Of a stretch of 64,000 bases of DNA, positions 24,013 to 42,838 are shown piece by piece; position 1 is the first letter of the stretch; the number at the start of each line of letters is the position of its first letter. The stretch lies in assembly GCF_009914755.1 (NCBI RefSeq), contig NC_060937.1, one strand, 5' to 3'. The stretch comes from the human T2T-CHM13v2.0 reference genome, Homo sapiens. Both the position numbers and the translations under genes were made by a program. Under the pieces are notes generated by a model, which was not told where the DNA came from, searched no databases, and saw nothing but the letters and a program-made list of their open reading frames with translations.

Positions 24013-27000
24013 GAAAATTTTTTTTTTTAATTTCAGTTATGAGTAAAAAAAAATCTCTAAAGAGATAGATCAAAAAACAAAAACCAGTCAGAACTTTTGG
24101 AAATGAAAGACACATTTAGGGAACTATAAAATGCAGTGGAAAGTTTTAAAAATAGACTAGTCCAAATAGAAGAAAGAATTTCAGAGCTCGAAGACAAGTC
24201 TTTTGAATTAACTGAATCAGACACAAATAAAGAAAAACAAATTTAAAGAAATGAACAAAATCTCTACAAAATATGGAATTATGTAAAACAACCAAACTAA
24301 CAATCTTAGGTGTCCTGAGAGAAAAGAAAAAACAAAATGTTTGGAAAATGTATTTAAGGGAATAATTTAGGAAAACTTTCCTGGCTTTGTTAGAGATTTA
24401 GACATCCAAGTACAAGAAGTTCAAATAACTTTTGGGAGACTCATTGCAAAAAGGACATCACCAAGGCATATAGTCATCAAGCTATCTGAAGTCAATGTGA
24501 AGGAAAACATTCTAAGTGCAGTGAGACAAAAGGATCAGGTAACCTATAAAGGAAAACCTATCAGACTAACAGCAAATTTCTTAGCAGAAACCTTACAAGT
24601 CAGAAAGGATTGGGGTACTATCTTTAGTATCATTAAAGAGAACAACTGTCAGCCAAGAATTTTGTATCCAGACAAAGTAAGTTTCATAAATGAAGGAAAA
24701 ATAAAGTCTTTATCAGACAAGCAAATGCTGATGGAATTTGTCAGCACTAGACTAGCCCTAAAAGAAATGCTGAAAGGAATTCTAAATGTTGAACAAAAGG
24801 TCAATACACACCAGAGTAGAAACTCCTGAAAGCACAAAATTCACAGGGGTTATAAAACAATAACACAATGAAGGAAAAACAGTCACTAGGTAACAATCAA
24901 CATGATAACTCGAACAGTACCTCACATCTCAATATTCACATTGAATGTAAGTGGTCTAAATGCTCCACTTAAAAGATACAGATTAGCAAAATGGATTAAA
25001 AAATCACAAACCAAATATCTGCTGTTTTCAGCAGACAACATGGAAGGATTCTCATAGACTCAAGGTTAAGGGGTCGAAAACAATATTTCATGCAAATGGA
25101 AACCACAAGTGAGAATGAGTAGCTATTCTTACATCAAATAAAACAGACTTGAAAGCAACAATGTAAAAACAAAACCAAAAAATGTAGTTATATAATGATG
25201 AGAGGATCAGTACACCAAGAAGCTATAACAATCCTCAATATATACGTACTTAAGTCCAGAGCTCTTAGATAGATAATAAAAAATTACTACTATACCTAAG
25301 AAAAGAGATAGACAGCAAAACAATAACAGTGGAGGACTTCAATACTCCACTGACGGCATTAGACAAATCATTGAGGCAGAAAGTCAACAAAGAAAACTGG
25401 ACTTAAACTGTACTCTAGAACAAATACACAAAATATATTTAAATAACATTATACTCAACAAGTGCAGAATATCCATTCTTCCCATCAGCACATGAAACAT
25501 TCTCCATGGTAGATCATATGATAGGCCACAAACCAAGTCTCAATAAATTTTTTAAGAGCAAAATAATATCAACTATCTTCTCAGACCACAGCAAAATAAA
25601 ACTGGAGATAAATTCCAAAAGAAACCCTCAAAATTATACAAATGTATGGAAATTACAGAATCTGCTCCTGAATGATTTTGGGGTTAACAATGACATTAAA
25701 ATGGAAATTTAAAAATGTTTCAAAGTGAATAAGAGTGAGTCAACTTATCAGAACCTTTGGGATATAGCAAAAGCAGTACTAAGAGGAAAGTTTATAGCCC
25801 AAATTCCTACATCAAAGTTTGAAATATCACAAATTGCAAACCTGACATCACACCTCAAGGAACTAGAGAAACAAGAATAAACCAAACCCAAAGCTACCAT
25901 AGGAAAAGAAATAACAAAGATCAGAGCAGAAACAAAAAAAATACAAAAGATCAATGAAACAAAATCTGACTTTTTGAAAATATTTTTTAAAATCATTAGC
26001 TATATTAATCAAGAAAAGAAGAGAGAAGATTCAAATAAGCTCGATTAGAAATGAAAATGGAGACAGTGCAACTGACATCACAGAAATACTAAGGATCATT
26101 TGAGTTTCCTGTAGACACTTCTGTGCACACAAACTAGAAAATCTAGAGGAAGTGGATAAATTCCTGGAAACAAACAACTCCTTTAGTTTGAATCAGAAAG
26201 AAATAGAATTCCTGAACAGACCAATAACAAGCAATGAGATTGAATCAGTAATAGAAAAAACTGCTGAAAACAACAAAAAAGCTCAGGGCTAGACAGATTC
26301 ACATCTGAATTCAAAAGACTGAGGAGAAAGAAATCCTCCCTAACTCATTATACGAACCCAGTATTACCCTGATATCAAAGCCAGGAAAGAAAATATTAGT
26401 AAATGAAAACTACAGACTAATATCCCCAAAGAATATAGATGCAAAAATCCTCAACAAAATACTAGCTGACTGAATCCAACAGCACTCCAAGAAAATCATT
26501 CACCATGAGCAAGTTGGTTTCATTCTAGGGATGGTTCAACATATGCGAGTCAAGAAATTTGATTCGTCACCTAAACAGAATTAAAAACAAAAACCATATG
26601 ATCATCTCAGTAGATGCAGAAAAAGCATTAAACAAAATCTAGCATTCTTTTCTGATAAAAACCCTCAACCAACTAGGCATAGAAGAAATATATCTCAAAA
26701 TAATAGAAGCCATATATGACAAACTCATGGCCAACATTATACTGGAAGGAAAAAAGTTGAAAGCATTCCCCCTAAGAACTATTACAGAACAAGACGAGGA
26801 TGCCCATTTTCACCACTTGTATTCAACATCGTACTGAAAGTGCTAGCCAGAGTAATCATTGCAAGATAAAGAAACAAAGGGCATCCAAATTGGAAAAGAA
26901 ATCAAAGTATCTCTGTTTGCCAATGATGCGATCTTATAGCTAGAAAACCCTACACACTCCTCCAGAAGACTCCTAGATTTGATGAATGAATTCAGTAAAG

Positions 27001-28065
27001 TCTCAGGTTACAAAAATAAATGTACACAAATTAGTAGCACTGCTATACACCAACAGCAACCAAGCCAAGAATCCAATCAAGAAGTCAATTCATTTTACAA
27101 TGGTTACAAAAAAAAAATACCGAGAAATATACTTAACCAAGGAGATGAAAGATCTCTGCAAGGATAACTACAAAACATTGCTGAAAGAAATCATAGATGA
27201 TGCAAGCAAATTGAAATACATCTCATATTCATGTATTAGAAGAATCAATATTGCGAAATGACCATACTGCCCAAAGCAGTCTACAAATTCAATGCAATTT
27301 CTATTAAAATACCAGCATCATTCTTACAGAATTAGGAAATATAATCCTAAAATTCATACGGAACCAAAAAAGTGCCTGAATAGCCAAATACATCCTAAGC
27401 AAAAAGAATAAATCTAAAAATATCACATTACCGAACTTCAAATTATACTACAAGGCTGTAGTAACCCAAACAGCATGGTAGTGGTATAAAAGTAGATACA
27501 TAGATCAATGGATCAGAATAGAGAACCCAGAAATAAAGTGAAGTACTTACAACTAATTGATCTTTGACAAACCATACAAAAACATAAACTGGGGAAAACA
27601 CATCCTATTCAATAAATGGTGCTGGGAAAATTGGATTGCCTAGGTCGTGTAGAAGAATGAAACTGGATTTCTACTCTCACCATATACAAAAATTAGCTCT
27701 AGATGGGTTTAAGACTTAAATCTAAGACTTGAAATCATAAAAATTCTAGAAGAAAATCTATAGAAAACTCTTCTGGACAATGATTTAGGTGACTAAAACC
27801 TCAATAGTAAATGCAACAAAAGCAAAAATAAATGGAACCTAATTAAACTAAAAAACTTCTGCACAGCAAAATAAATACTCATCAGAGTAAACAGACAGCC
27901 TATAGAATGGGAGAAAATATGTACTAATTATGCATCTGACAAAGGACTAATATCTAACTTGGGAAAAAAGATTTTTAAAAAAGTTAATATCTGGAATCTA
28001 CGAGGAAATAAAACAGATCAGCAAGAAAAAAAAAATGAATAATATCATTAAAAAGTAGGCAAAGG

Positions 28066-28453
<388 letters not shown>

Positions 28454-28794
28454 TCATCAGGGAAATGCAAATTAAGACCACAATGAGATACCACCTTATG
28501 CCAGCCGGAATGGCCATTATGAAAAAGTCAAAAAACAATAGATGTTGATACGAATGTGGTGAAAAAGGAATGCTTAGACACTGCTGATGGGAATGTGAAA
28601 TTAGTAGAACCTCTATGGAAAACAGTATGGAGATTTCTCAAAGAACTAAAAGTAGATTTAACCTAGCAATCCCACTGCTGGGTATCTACCCAAAGGAAAA
28701 GAAGTCATTATATCAAAAAGACACCTGCACACACATGTTTATCACAGCACAATTCAAAATCACAAAGATATAAAATCAACCTAAATGCCCATCA

Positions 28795-29060
<266 letters not shown>

Positions 29061-30004
29061 TCACATATATATATGATATATGTAATTGTGGTGTGTGGAT
29101 ATATACACCATGGAAATATATTCAGCCATGAAAAAGAGTGATATAATGTCTTTTGCAGTGACTTGGATGGAATTGGAGGCCATTATTTTATGTGAAGTAA
29201 CACTCAGGAATCAAAAATCGAATGCCACATGTTCTCACTTATAAGTGGGAATTAAGCTATGGGTATGCGAAGGCATACAGAGTGGTAAAATGAGCGTTGG
29301 AGGCTCAGAAGAGGGGAAAGTGGAGGGTGAGAAGTGGGTGAGAGATGAAAAACTACCTATTGGGTACTATGTACACTACTTGGGTGATGAGTGCACTAAA
29401 ATCCTAGACATCACAACTATACACACATAACCAAAAACCATTTGTACACCTAAAGCTATTGAAATAAAAGAATAGTAAATAAATAAATTTAAATTCTCTC
29501 TTCTCTCTTCTCTCTCTCTTGCTTCTGTTCTTGCCATAAGATATACCTGCTCCCTCTTTTCCTTACACCATGATTGGAAGCTTCCTGAGGCCGTCACCAG
29601 AAGTAGATGCTGGCATCATGCTTGTACACCCTGCAGAACCATGAGCCAGTTAAATACCTTTTCTTTGTAAATTACCCAGCCTCAGGAATTTCTTTGTAGC
29701 AATGCAATAATGAACTAACACAAATTCCAAAGAAAGTCAAACATTGAAAAGCAAGCACTAGTAACTAGCATTTCAAATCTGTGAAATAAAAGATACCAAA
29801 TTATAAACAACAGTGGAATCTTACCACTGATAAATACAGCTCTGGTTACTGTTGTTCACTTTCTTTCTATTTCCAATAAGAAAAATCAATTTTGTTAAAC
29901 TTAAATATGAGACACACCCAGAAAGATGCAAGTTGTGCCCACACAAGTTGATGAAGTTTGGCAGTTGGGTTTTCTGAGACCCACTGAGCCAGGCTGCAGC
30001 TAAT

Positions 30005-32010
30005 TTGTCCCAACTGCCTAGCAGCCTGATGCACGAACAGAATCTGATCCACCAGGACCACTGGCCTCTACTCTGAGGAGTGTCTACAGGAGCATGGTCA
30101 CTACAGACCTGATGTGGAGATTGACAAATTACAACGAAATCAACCCCTGGGGGAGCTGGTGATGTTTGTAGCACACATTGGTCACTGCCACCCAGATAAT
30201 CCAAGTCACTTTTTTCAATTGCTGAACGATCTGCTGTGCTACAGCCACACCGTCTTGGATCCAGAACTTCAATGACATTTTGCAAATCTTTGATCTTCCT
30301 TTGAAATAAGAATCACAGCATTCAAAGAGTTGCAGTTACAAGCTTCTCAGAAGGCTTGTACACTCAGAGTGTGGCTGATATCAAGAATATAAATGTAAAA
30401 TACAAGAACAATAAAGTGAATATAAGATTTCAGAATTCCACGCACACCTAAGAGACAGCAATGCCATCACAGCTAAAATATCCTTGGGTGTAATGATTGA
30501 ACTCAATGGAAGAAACATTTGGAATGCTGCCCAAACTGTCAGTGTTATCTTAAGTGTGTGTTTCACTAAAGTCACCAAGATACAGGCTGCTGCTTTGAAA
30601 TTCTTCTAAGGAAACGGGGTGGCAACTCAGGATCTGAGTATGAAGGACCTTCCAGCGTAGATGCCACAGGGAGGAGAAGCTTCAAACGCAAGGCTGGAAC
30701 AGGCTTTGGAAGTGCTGATACTAGAAGAAGAAGAAGAAATAAAAGAACAGTAGCAGAGATATTTAAATTTCCAGCCATTACTTGATTAATGATCCTCAAA
30801 GTTCTGCAGAAAAATGACTAAAGCAGCTGGAGAGCTGTAAGGAGAGGTATGAAGTGAGGCTGATGCCCAGGAACCTAATCTCCAGATTGGTGGAAATTTA
30901 TGGGCTTTTTCTCTTTTGTGTTGATCCTCTCGTGCGGAGATTTCTGCAGCCTAATCGAAGAGAAGTAATCAGATCCTTCTGTCTGCTCCACAAGTAGGTG
31001 GCCAACAATTCTGTAAGGGAGAGGAGCCCTGGGGTGTCATGACAGTAGGAATCAATGCTATAAAAAAAGTAACAACTTGATACCCTCACATTGTGACTAA
31101 AGAACCCCCCAGTTTTGGCCCAGTGAGGAATACACAAACATAAAGATGTGATCATTTCTGCTAGGATTTTGATTCTGTTCTTCTGAGTGCCAAATTCTCA
31201 GATACTACAGAAGAGATTCTGAGACAAGCCTACAGAGGCCTCAAAAGAAGCAAGAGTGCAAGAATATGGATAACTAAATGCTACAGATTACATTTCAGGA
31301 GGGGGAATTCTGAAGTCAAGAAAGAGAATGTTGTGAACAGTAAAGAAGGGTGGGGAAGTACCAGTCCTGAGGAGGAGGGAGATGCCCATGGTGGGTGGGT
31401 TGACGTGTGTCACTCTTCTGTGAAAAACAGCAGGGACTTTCCAAGGAGGTGCCCAGCATGCCTGTGGAGGAGGAGGGAGCCAAATCTGCTGCCCTCAGCA
31501 CCAGTTGCCTTCTAAGCCAGGAAGACTTCCAGAAAATCTACATGGCCCAACTGTATAATGAACCCAGGGCTGCCCTGGGAAAGCCACAAACTGAAAGATA
31601 CTGAAATAAACAGCATTGATGGGCCAAGAGACAAGTTACTGTCAGTTGAGGATATTGAACGCTTTAAAAAAAAAAAAAAACACTCATCTTCAGGAAGACT
31701 AGCCGCTGCAGTGGCTGGAAAGACTGACTGAAAAGAATATGTTAGAAAGAAAACCAATATGAGTGCAGTTTCCAGTGCCCCAAATAAAGAGAAGAAAACT
31801 AACTTTATATGATAATGTATTATAGCCAGAATGTCCAGTCAAAAAATAGATGTTCCTTCAGAACAAAAGCAACTGGCACCATGAGATGTACTTTTGGAAA
31901 AAAGGGAAATAGAATAAATTATCTTCCAAACCAGTTTTTCATTCCAAGGATAATGCTGAATTTGTGTAATTGCTCTGAATATTAGTCAATAGTCAATCCA
32001 AAAATATTTG
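30005..32010 (+). pseudogene. SDAD1P4: Processed pseudogene of SDAD1 (SDA1 ribosome biogenesis factor), heavily decayed
   Basis: + strand fragments match SDAD1 in order without introns: QLPSSL..QNLI, ELVMFVAHIGHCHP...[76 protein letters not shown] (ORF 31407..31604). Many stops and frameshifts. The P4 number is from memory. Confidence 0.92.
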
Positions 32011-32417
32011 CTTATGTTTAAAAGTACAGAGATAAGATATTTTTGAAAACCACAGTTTGTAAAAAGATAAAGGGAATTTTATTTGAAGGACAGGATAACA
32101 CAGTGGCTATTTTGGAGGGTGTGTGCTGCAGTGGGGTGCATGCATCGTTACTATTGGTTGCAGACTCAGATCTGAACAAAAAGATATAGTCAAGAAAGTG
32201 TGACTTCTTCATCCCGTCTGCCTCAGTCCCCAGCCCCTTCCTACCTCTTGCTCACCCACACCCTCTCAGTAGCCAGTCTTTTCCATTTTAGGTTTATCCA
32301 TCCTCCATTTCATTTGCAAAAAATGACCACATATATGTTTTCTTAGGCTCCCATCATACTTACATGAGGATAGCATACGGTAGGTAGTCTTTTGAACTTT
32401 ACTTTTTCACTGAATAG

Positions 32418-32940
<523 letters not shown>

Positions 32941-33685
32941 GTATTTTGTTTTCTTGGAGGTATATCCTCAGGGTAGATTCCTAGAAGTGGGATTGTGGAT
33001 ATGTACATACTTAGTTTTGTTCAGTTTTATCAAATTGTGCTCTAGAAGATAGTAACAATTTAGATTCCCAGCGGCGGTGTAGGAGAGTATATTTTCTGAC
33101 AGCCTCAGACAACACAATGTGTCTAAATTATTTCCAGTCTCACAGGTGAGAAATGGCATGTCAGTGTTGCTTTAATTTGCATTTCTGTAATGATGAGTGT
33201 GTTTGAACATTTTTTTCATAAGTTTGAGGGCCATTTTTGTATCTTTGTTGTGAATTATCTCATGACTCTTTTTCCATTTTTCTATCAGAATTGTCATTTT
33301 TTATTCCTCAGTAGTTAAGAATTCTTTACCAATTAGGCATTTTAACTTTCTGCCCAGGGTATATGTTGCTAAGATTTTTCTATCCAATTTTTAAGTTGTC
33401 GTCTAACTTAATCAGGTATTTTAAATCATGTAACACTTTTATTTTTACTTGTTATTGTTATGTATTCAAACATAGAATCTTTTTTTCATTGCCTCTAGAT
33501 GTTGAGTCATTGCTTGAAAGACTTCCTTGTACCAAGGTTATAAAGGAATTCACCTATGTTTTCCTGTAGTGTTTGTATGATTTCACTTTTTAACACTTAG
33601 TTCCCTAATTTATGTGAAGTTTATTCTTGTGTGGTATGAGATATGAATCTAAATTTATCTTTTCTAAGTTGTTATCTGAACATCA

Positions 33686-34020
<335 letters not shown>

Positions 34021-34083
34021 TCATTATCATATACTAGATTTCCATGTCTATCAGAGTCTAATTATTACTTTATCCCACTAGTC

Positions 34084-34302
34084 CAGTGGTGTCCAGTCTT
34101 TTGCCTTCCCTGGGCCACACTGGAAGAAGAATAATTGTCTTAGGCCCCATATAAAATACACTAATGATAGCTGATGAGCTAAAAAAAAAAATTGCAAATT
34201 AATCTCATAATGCTTAAAGAAAGTTTACAAATTTATGTTGAGCTGAATTCAAAGCTGTCCTGGGCTGCATGCAGCCGGCGGGCTACAGGTTGGACAAGCT
34301 TG
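34084..34302. mobile_element. MER30 (hAT-Charlie non-autonomous DNA transposon)
   Basis: Characteristic body and a perfect 8-bp TSD CACTAGTC at 34076-34083 and 34303-34310. Confidence 0.88.
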
Positions 34303-35830
34303 CACTAGTCTGTTCGTGTTTCCATGCCTAGATACCACATTCTTTTAATTATAGAGACTTCATGGTATGTTTTAATGTCTAGTGGGGCTGGCCTTTCTTG
34401 TGTTTTCTTTTTCCAAGCTATTCTTGTATGTTTGTTTTTACATATGAACTTTTGCATCAATTTGCTCATTCTATAACATAGTTTATTGGCATTATTACTG
34501 TATTGCATTGAATTTATAAATTAACTCTGGAAGAAATGACATCCTATAATGTTGGGTCACCCTATCCAAGAATGCGGAATGTCTTTTCATTTATTCAAGT
34601 GTCTTTCAGAAGTATTACAAATTTTTCCTCATATATTTTTCACACACATCTTATTAAATGAATTTCTAAATTTTTAATCATCTTTGTTGTTATTGTAAAT
34701 GGCACTTTCTCCACTATTATTTATTTTAACTTTTGTTTGTATGTATTCAAGTTATTGGTTATTGTATGTTAATTTTATATCCTGCCAGTTTGCTGAATTT
34801 TTTATTAGTTGAGTTACTTTTATCAGAGACTTTGGGGTTTGTCAGATACACTATTATATCATCTGCAAATATACAATGTTACTTTACTCAATCACACACC
34901 TCTAACTGATTTTACTTTATAAATAAGTTTCATTGACTAAAACCTCTGCTCCACAATGTTGAGTAGCAGTGGACAAAGTGGATATCCTTGCCTTGTTTCC
35001 AATCTTAGTGGAAATGCTTCTAGTCTTTCTGTATTAAGTAAAATACTTGCCTTAGGGTTAAAATACATCATTTTACCATGTTAAGACAGCATCCCTCAAT
35101 GCCTATTTTCTAGAATGTTCATTGATCATAAATGTGTGCTGAATTTTGCCAAATACTTTTTCAGCATCTATGAAGATAATATGATTTATTTTTATTAGAT
35201 TAATTAGTATGATGTTAATCATTCCTCACTTAAAGTCAATCTTGCATTCCTGGAATAAATCTCACTTTATCAAGGTATATTATTTTCTTAATGTGGTGTT
35301 GCGCTGTGCTTCTTTCTGGTACTTCTATTTAGAATTTTTTGCATTCATGAGTAATACTAGCTTATAGTATTTTTTTCCTTATGCTTGCTTTTCTCATTTA
35401 AGTATCAGTGCTAAGCTTACTTACTTTCAATACTCTGGAATAATTTACAGAGCATTGTGACTATCCAGCTTTTGAAAGTTTGTTAGAATTCGCTTGTGAC
35501 ACCATCTGTGCTTGGTTCTTTTATGTGGGGTAGTTTTTTAACTTCCCCATTTCTTGTATAAACACAGGTCTGATCAAACTTTCTCATTTAATGAGATCAA
35601 TTTTAGCAATCACTATTTCCCTGTGGAACTGCCTGTTTCATCATGGTTTTCAAGCTTATTTGCAGAGTTCTGCATAGTTGTCTCTCCTTTTTTATTTCTT
35701 CTAATTCAGTGGTTACTTTTCACTTGTCATTCCATGTGTTGTGTATTTGTGTTTTCTCATTTTTATCAACTTAGCTAGTGTTTTATTTATTTTGCTAATT
35801 TTCTCAAAAAACAGAATTTTGATTTATTAG

Positions 35831-36281
<451 letters not shown>

Positions 36282-37149
36282 TAGTACAATGAAATTTCCT
36301 CTTGTCACTGCTTTACATGCATGCCACAGATTCTAAAATATAGTGTTTTCAAGTCATAATTTTCCTTAATTCTGTAATTTCTGTTTGTATTTCACCCAAA
36401 AGTTATTTAAAGAGAGACTTTTAAATTTCTGGGTGAATGGGTCTTTTTGCTTTTTATTTGTGTCAGCAAATTCTAGATTTATTGTATTGTGTTTAGGGAG
36501 TATTATGTGTGGTCTTTCTACGTTATGAAAGTCATTGATGTTTGTTTACCTTGTGCCCTGATGTGTGATCAGTTTCAGTGAATGTGCCCCGGGCACTTGA
36601 GGAGAGTGTGCATCCTCCATTATCAGGACTTCACCGTCAGTATATGTCATAAGACTTGCCTTGTTGAGTTCTTTTTAGGACATCTCCTCACTTGTTATTC
36701 CACTTGACCTGTCTTGTACTGAAAGTTGTGTATTAAATCTAGCATTATTAGTGTGTTCTGTGGGTCCTCACATCTTTTATTTTTGTTTCATAAAGGTGGT
36801 GTCTGTGATATTTGCGGGATAGGTATTTGTAAATATTATGTCTGTGTTGTGGGTTGTAATTTTAGCATTAAAAATCTTTTTTGTCATATTTAACGCTTTT
36901 GACTTGAATTCCACTTTGTCTGATATCAGGATTTTTATCCCAGCTCATTTAGTATTCATTTCCTGCATTACTTTTGTCCATTCCTTAAGTGGCTTCTCAC
37001 TAAGTCTCCTCATCTGTCCTCTCCATGGCCTTCACTCACCATAATTCCTGTGATGGAGCAGGTGTGTGAGAAGTTGTAGTCCTGGCACTTGTTAATTTTT
37101 CTCCCTCAACTCACAGTTCTGCCTTTAAGTAATGCACGGGTGTGTTTTT

Positions 37150-37158
37150 CTTTCTTTC

Positions 37159-37189
<31 letters not shown>

Positions 37190-37489
37190 GAGATGGGGTC
37201 TTGCTCTGTCTCCCAGGCTGGAGTGCAGTGGTGCGATCTTGGCTCGCTGCAAGCTCCACCCCCCAGGTGCAAGCTCCACCCCCCAGGTTCACGCCATTCT
37301 CCTGCCTCAGCCTCCTGAGTAGCTGAGACTACAGGAGCCCACCACCATGCTCGGCTAATTTTTTGTATTTTTAGTAGAGACGGGGTTTCACCGTGTTAGC
37401 CAGGATGGTCTCGATCTCCTGACCTCGTGATCCACCGGCCTCGGCCTTCCAAAGTGCTGGGATTATGGGCGTGAGCCACTGTGCCTGGT
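37150..37489 (-). mobile_element. AluY with an internal 20-bp tandem duplication
   Basis: tgcaagctccaccccccagg occurs twice at 37248-37287. Confidence 0.92.
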
Positions 37490-37919
37490 CTGTGTGGAAT
37501 TTTTATGGCTGTGAAACTATTCCTTAGAGTATGGGGATGACCTTTTGGGAAACTGATTACTATATAGCCAGCGTGGTCATCAGCCACCCAGAAGTCCATC
37601 CTTTTCCAATTTAATAATGCTATGAAATTTTAAAAATTCATAGCATTATTTTAATGGCTATGTAATATTTCAAGGAATACATGTATAATAATTTGATTCA
37701 CTAATTGAAATTAGATTTTTTCAGTTCAGTTAATGCCACAATTCATAATTCAGGCTACCCTTTTATATTTAATAGGTTATACAATAAATTTTTGTTAAAT
37801 AAATGAAGAGAGGAATGAATAAAAGATTGTGTAGGATGGGATGGGCTGAGAAACCAGTTGGCAGGTAGGATAGTGTTCTAATGGATGGAATATATATATA
37901 TATACATATATAGAAATGA

Positions 37920-38295
<376 letters not shown>

Positions 38296-39009
38296 TTACA
38301 GCATTTTTGGAAGGCTGTGTAAGTTTTGCATATGATTATCAGGGACATTTACTAGAAATAACCTAAGTTTCACTGGCATAGCATAACTAGCTTTGTCTGC
38401 TCAGGAAATTCTCAAGCCTGGTCTCTTATTTTATTTCATTTTATTTTATTTAACACAAGTAAAGGTCATTAGTGCCAGGCTTATGAAGTAGAACTGTATA
38501 ATACAAGATTTTGCCACAAAAGTAGTAGAGCTAACAAGCACAGCTTTGTGCTTCCAGCCCAGTCCTTTCTCTGTGATACCACATTTGCAACAGCAGAATA
38601 TACGTTTCCTTTTTTTTAAAGGACTTTGCAATATTTGTTTCTAAATGATTTTATTTTAAATTAAAGATATCCTGAGGAACAAAAGAAGTTTGCTAATGAG
38701 ACACATTGTATATAAGGAAGAATTTGATGGTATTTTCACCAGAAAAACCCTTAAGCTAATTTCCCAAACTTAATTAATCAGATCACAAAACCATTAACTT
38801 TTTCTCTTTGTACCAAAGCCTTTCATTAAAAATGGTGCTGTACAGATAGCTCTTTTCTTATCAACAAGGTAGAATTTAAATTTTATTTCTTAAAGACCTC
38901 TACTGCAAAAGACGATTACATCCTCAGCTCTAATCAATGTCCAACTAGGTTAAAAAAAAAACCGCTAGAATATTAATAAAAGTTAGAAGATTAATTACAA
39001 ACTCCATAA

Positions 39010-39512
<503 letters not shown>

Positions 39513-40443
39513 TGAACTCTTTCTTCCAAATCAGTTTCAGGCATCGCGTCTCCGGACGCTGCTCTTAGCCTCGATGGATGGACCATGGATTCCTAGTCAA
39601 GACTCTCTCATGCTTGCATCCCAATGCTTAGCAAATTGTCCTGAAACCAGGCTTACATGCTTTTCTTTTTAGTGAACCACAGAATTCTTTAAGCTGTGAG
39701 CTATATCTCACTCATTTGCACATTGTCAATGCTTAGCACAGAACCTTGTACATAAAAAGCATGCAATAGATTTGTATTGAATGGAACCATTCACTTTCCT
39801 GCATTTTCTTTGATTTGAGGAACAGTTTATGTGGATTTGCTGCTCAGACTTACTATGAAAATAAACTTATTTGTTGACTATTTTATTGATATAATAACTA
39901 TAGAAAAAAAATTGTCACAGTTCAACCCCTTATACTTAATAAGGCCTCCTAGAATTGTAAGATGAACCTCTAGTGAGCAAAACAGTGAACTCTTACTGGA
40001 TTAATTATTCCAATTATTTCTCAATTTTAAAGTCAGATAACTTGATAGTCACCATTAAATGCAAATCAGTGTTTATATAATAAATACATAGGCATATCAG
40101 TGACCCAGAAGAGATAAACAGGAACTCTGAGTCTCAGATGGGGAAAATAACATTACAAATACCAAAAAATAAAGTGAAGCTTTTAAAAAAAAAAAGGAGA
40201 TGTAACATAGAGAAAAAAGTCAACTTTATAACTGGCACTCTTGCCAAAAATATTTATTTATTTAAATGAAGACTCACTGGAGGGTTTTAAATACAAATTA
40301 ATAAAATTAAGAACACTTGGATGACCATGTCCAAAACGGATCAATGCATTAATAGAAAGGCTTTACTTAATGTCTACCAGGTATCCAAAAATTTTTATGA
40401 GAACTGTTAGGGTCAGAGGGGACACACACAAAAAAAATTATAA

Positions 40444-40903
<460 letters not shown>

Positions 40904-40932
40904 CTCAACTTACTTTTACAGATAAGAATATA

Positions 40933-41232
<300 letters not shown>

Positions 41233-42053
41233 AATATAAAGCTAACATAAACAAATTGGGGAACTCCTAATTTCTTAAGTAGATGATGAAGGCTGTGCTC
41301 TAGGAAGATTAATCCATGAGGCCTGGGTTAGAAAGTGTGGAAGCATCAAAGAGGAATTGGGGAACACATAATTATGAGTGCCTGAGGTGCGTGTGTAGCT
41401 GAGTGAGTGGGAGGTGTGACCTCACCCTCACATGTCTGGATGGCACAGGGTGAGTGAGCACCCACAAAACACCTGCTGAATAGATGAAAGAGCTGGAAGG
41501 CAATGGGTCTAGAGCTCAGGTGAAGGGCATAACCTTGGATACAAAAGTGAAACAGAAGGCATGGCAAAGACAAAAATGTCTTAGGGGAAGGGCAAAAACA
41601 GGAAGGTGTTCTTCCACAGTGATGCCTGTTTTCCCCGTGGGGTAAGGGGTGAGCAGCCCTTCTGAGAATAATGGCAGAGAAAAGTTTCAGGATATGATTT
41701 ATCTTCTAGGTTAACTTTGACCATTAAAGTGAGCCATTCGTAAGATGGTCTTTCACAAATCTCACATTTCAGAATGCAAGATTCTTAGGTGGTTAATAAC
41801 CAAAAGAATACAAGTTTAACCATGAATAGGAAAACTATATTATTTTGGGCAAGTATTTAAAATCTTAAAGAAGAAACTCTTAAATAATGTATTTGTACAT
41901 ATATTGATATAGGTTAACATATGTTTGACACAATTAATTTTAATAATACAATAGATTTAGACTTAAAAGTTGCAAAGTTTAATCACAGAATCAATCAATA
42001 CCACTAATGGTAACAAATACCAAGTCTTTAGATACTTGGTATTGTAGGGTTGA

Positions 42054-42257
<204 letters not shown>

Positions 42258-42361
42258 TAACTCGAGAAAAACACAACATTCCATGGAGTACACATCTGCA
42301 AAAACACATTGTACTATTGACAAGTTTATGTGGAATCTTTCAAGCAGATAAGAGAGTTTGA

Positions 42362-42838
<477 letters not shown>

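Noticed and set aside
29821-30799. Minus-strand ORFs (154, 65 and 75 aa, one with a signal-peptide-like stretch) as genes
   Set aside because: They are antisense shadows of the SDAD1 pseudogene; the hydrophobic run is the complement of its Lys/Glu-rich codons.
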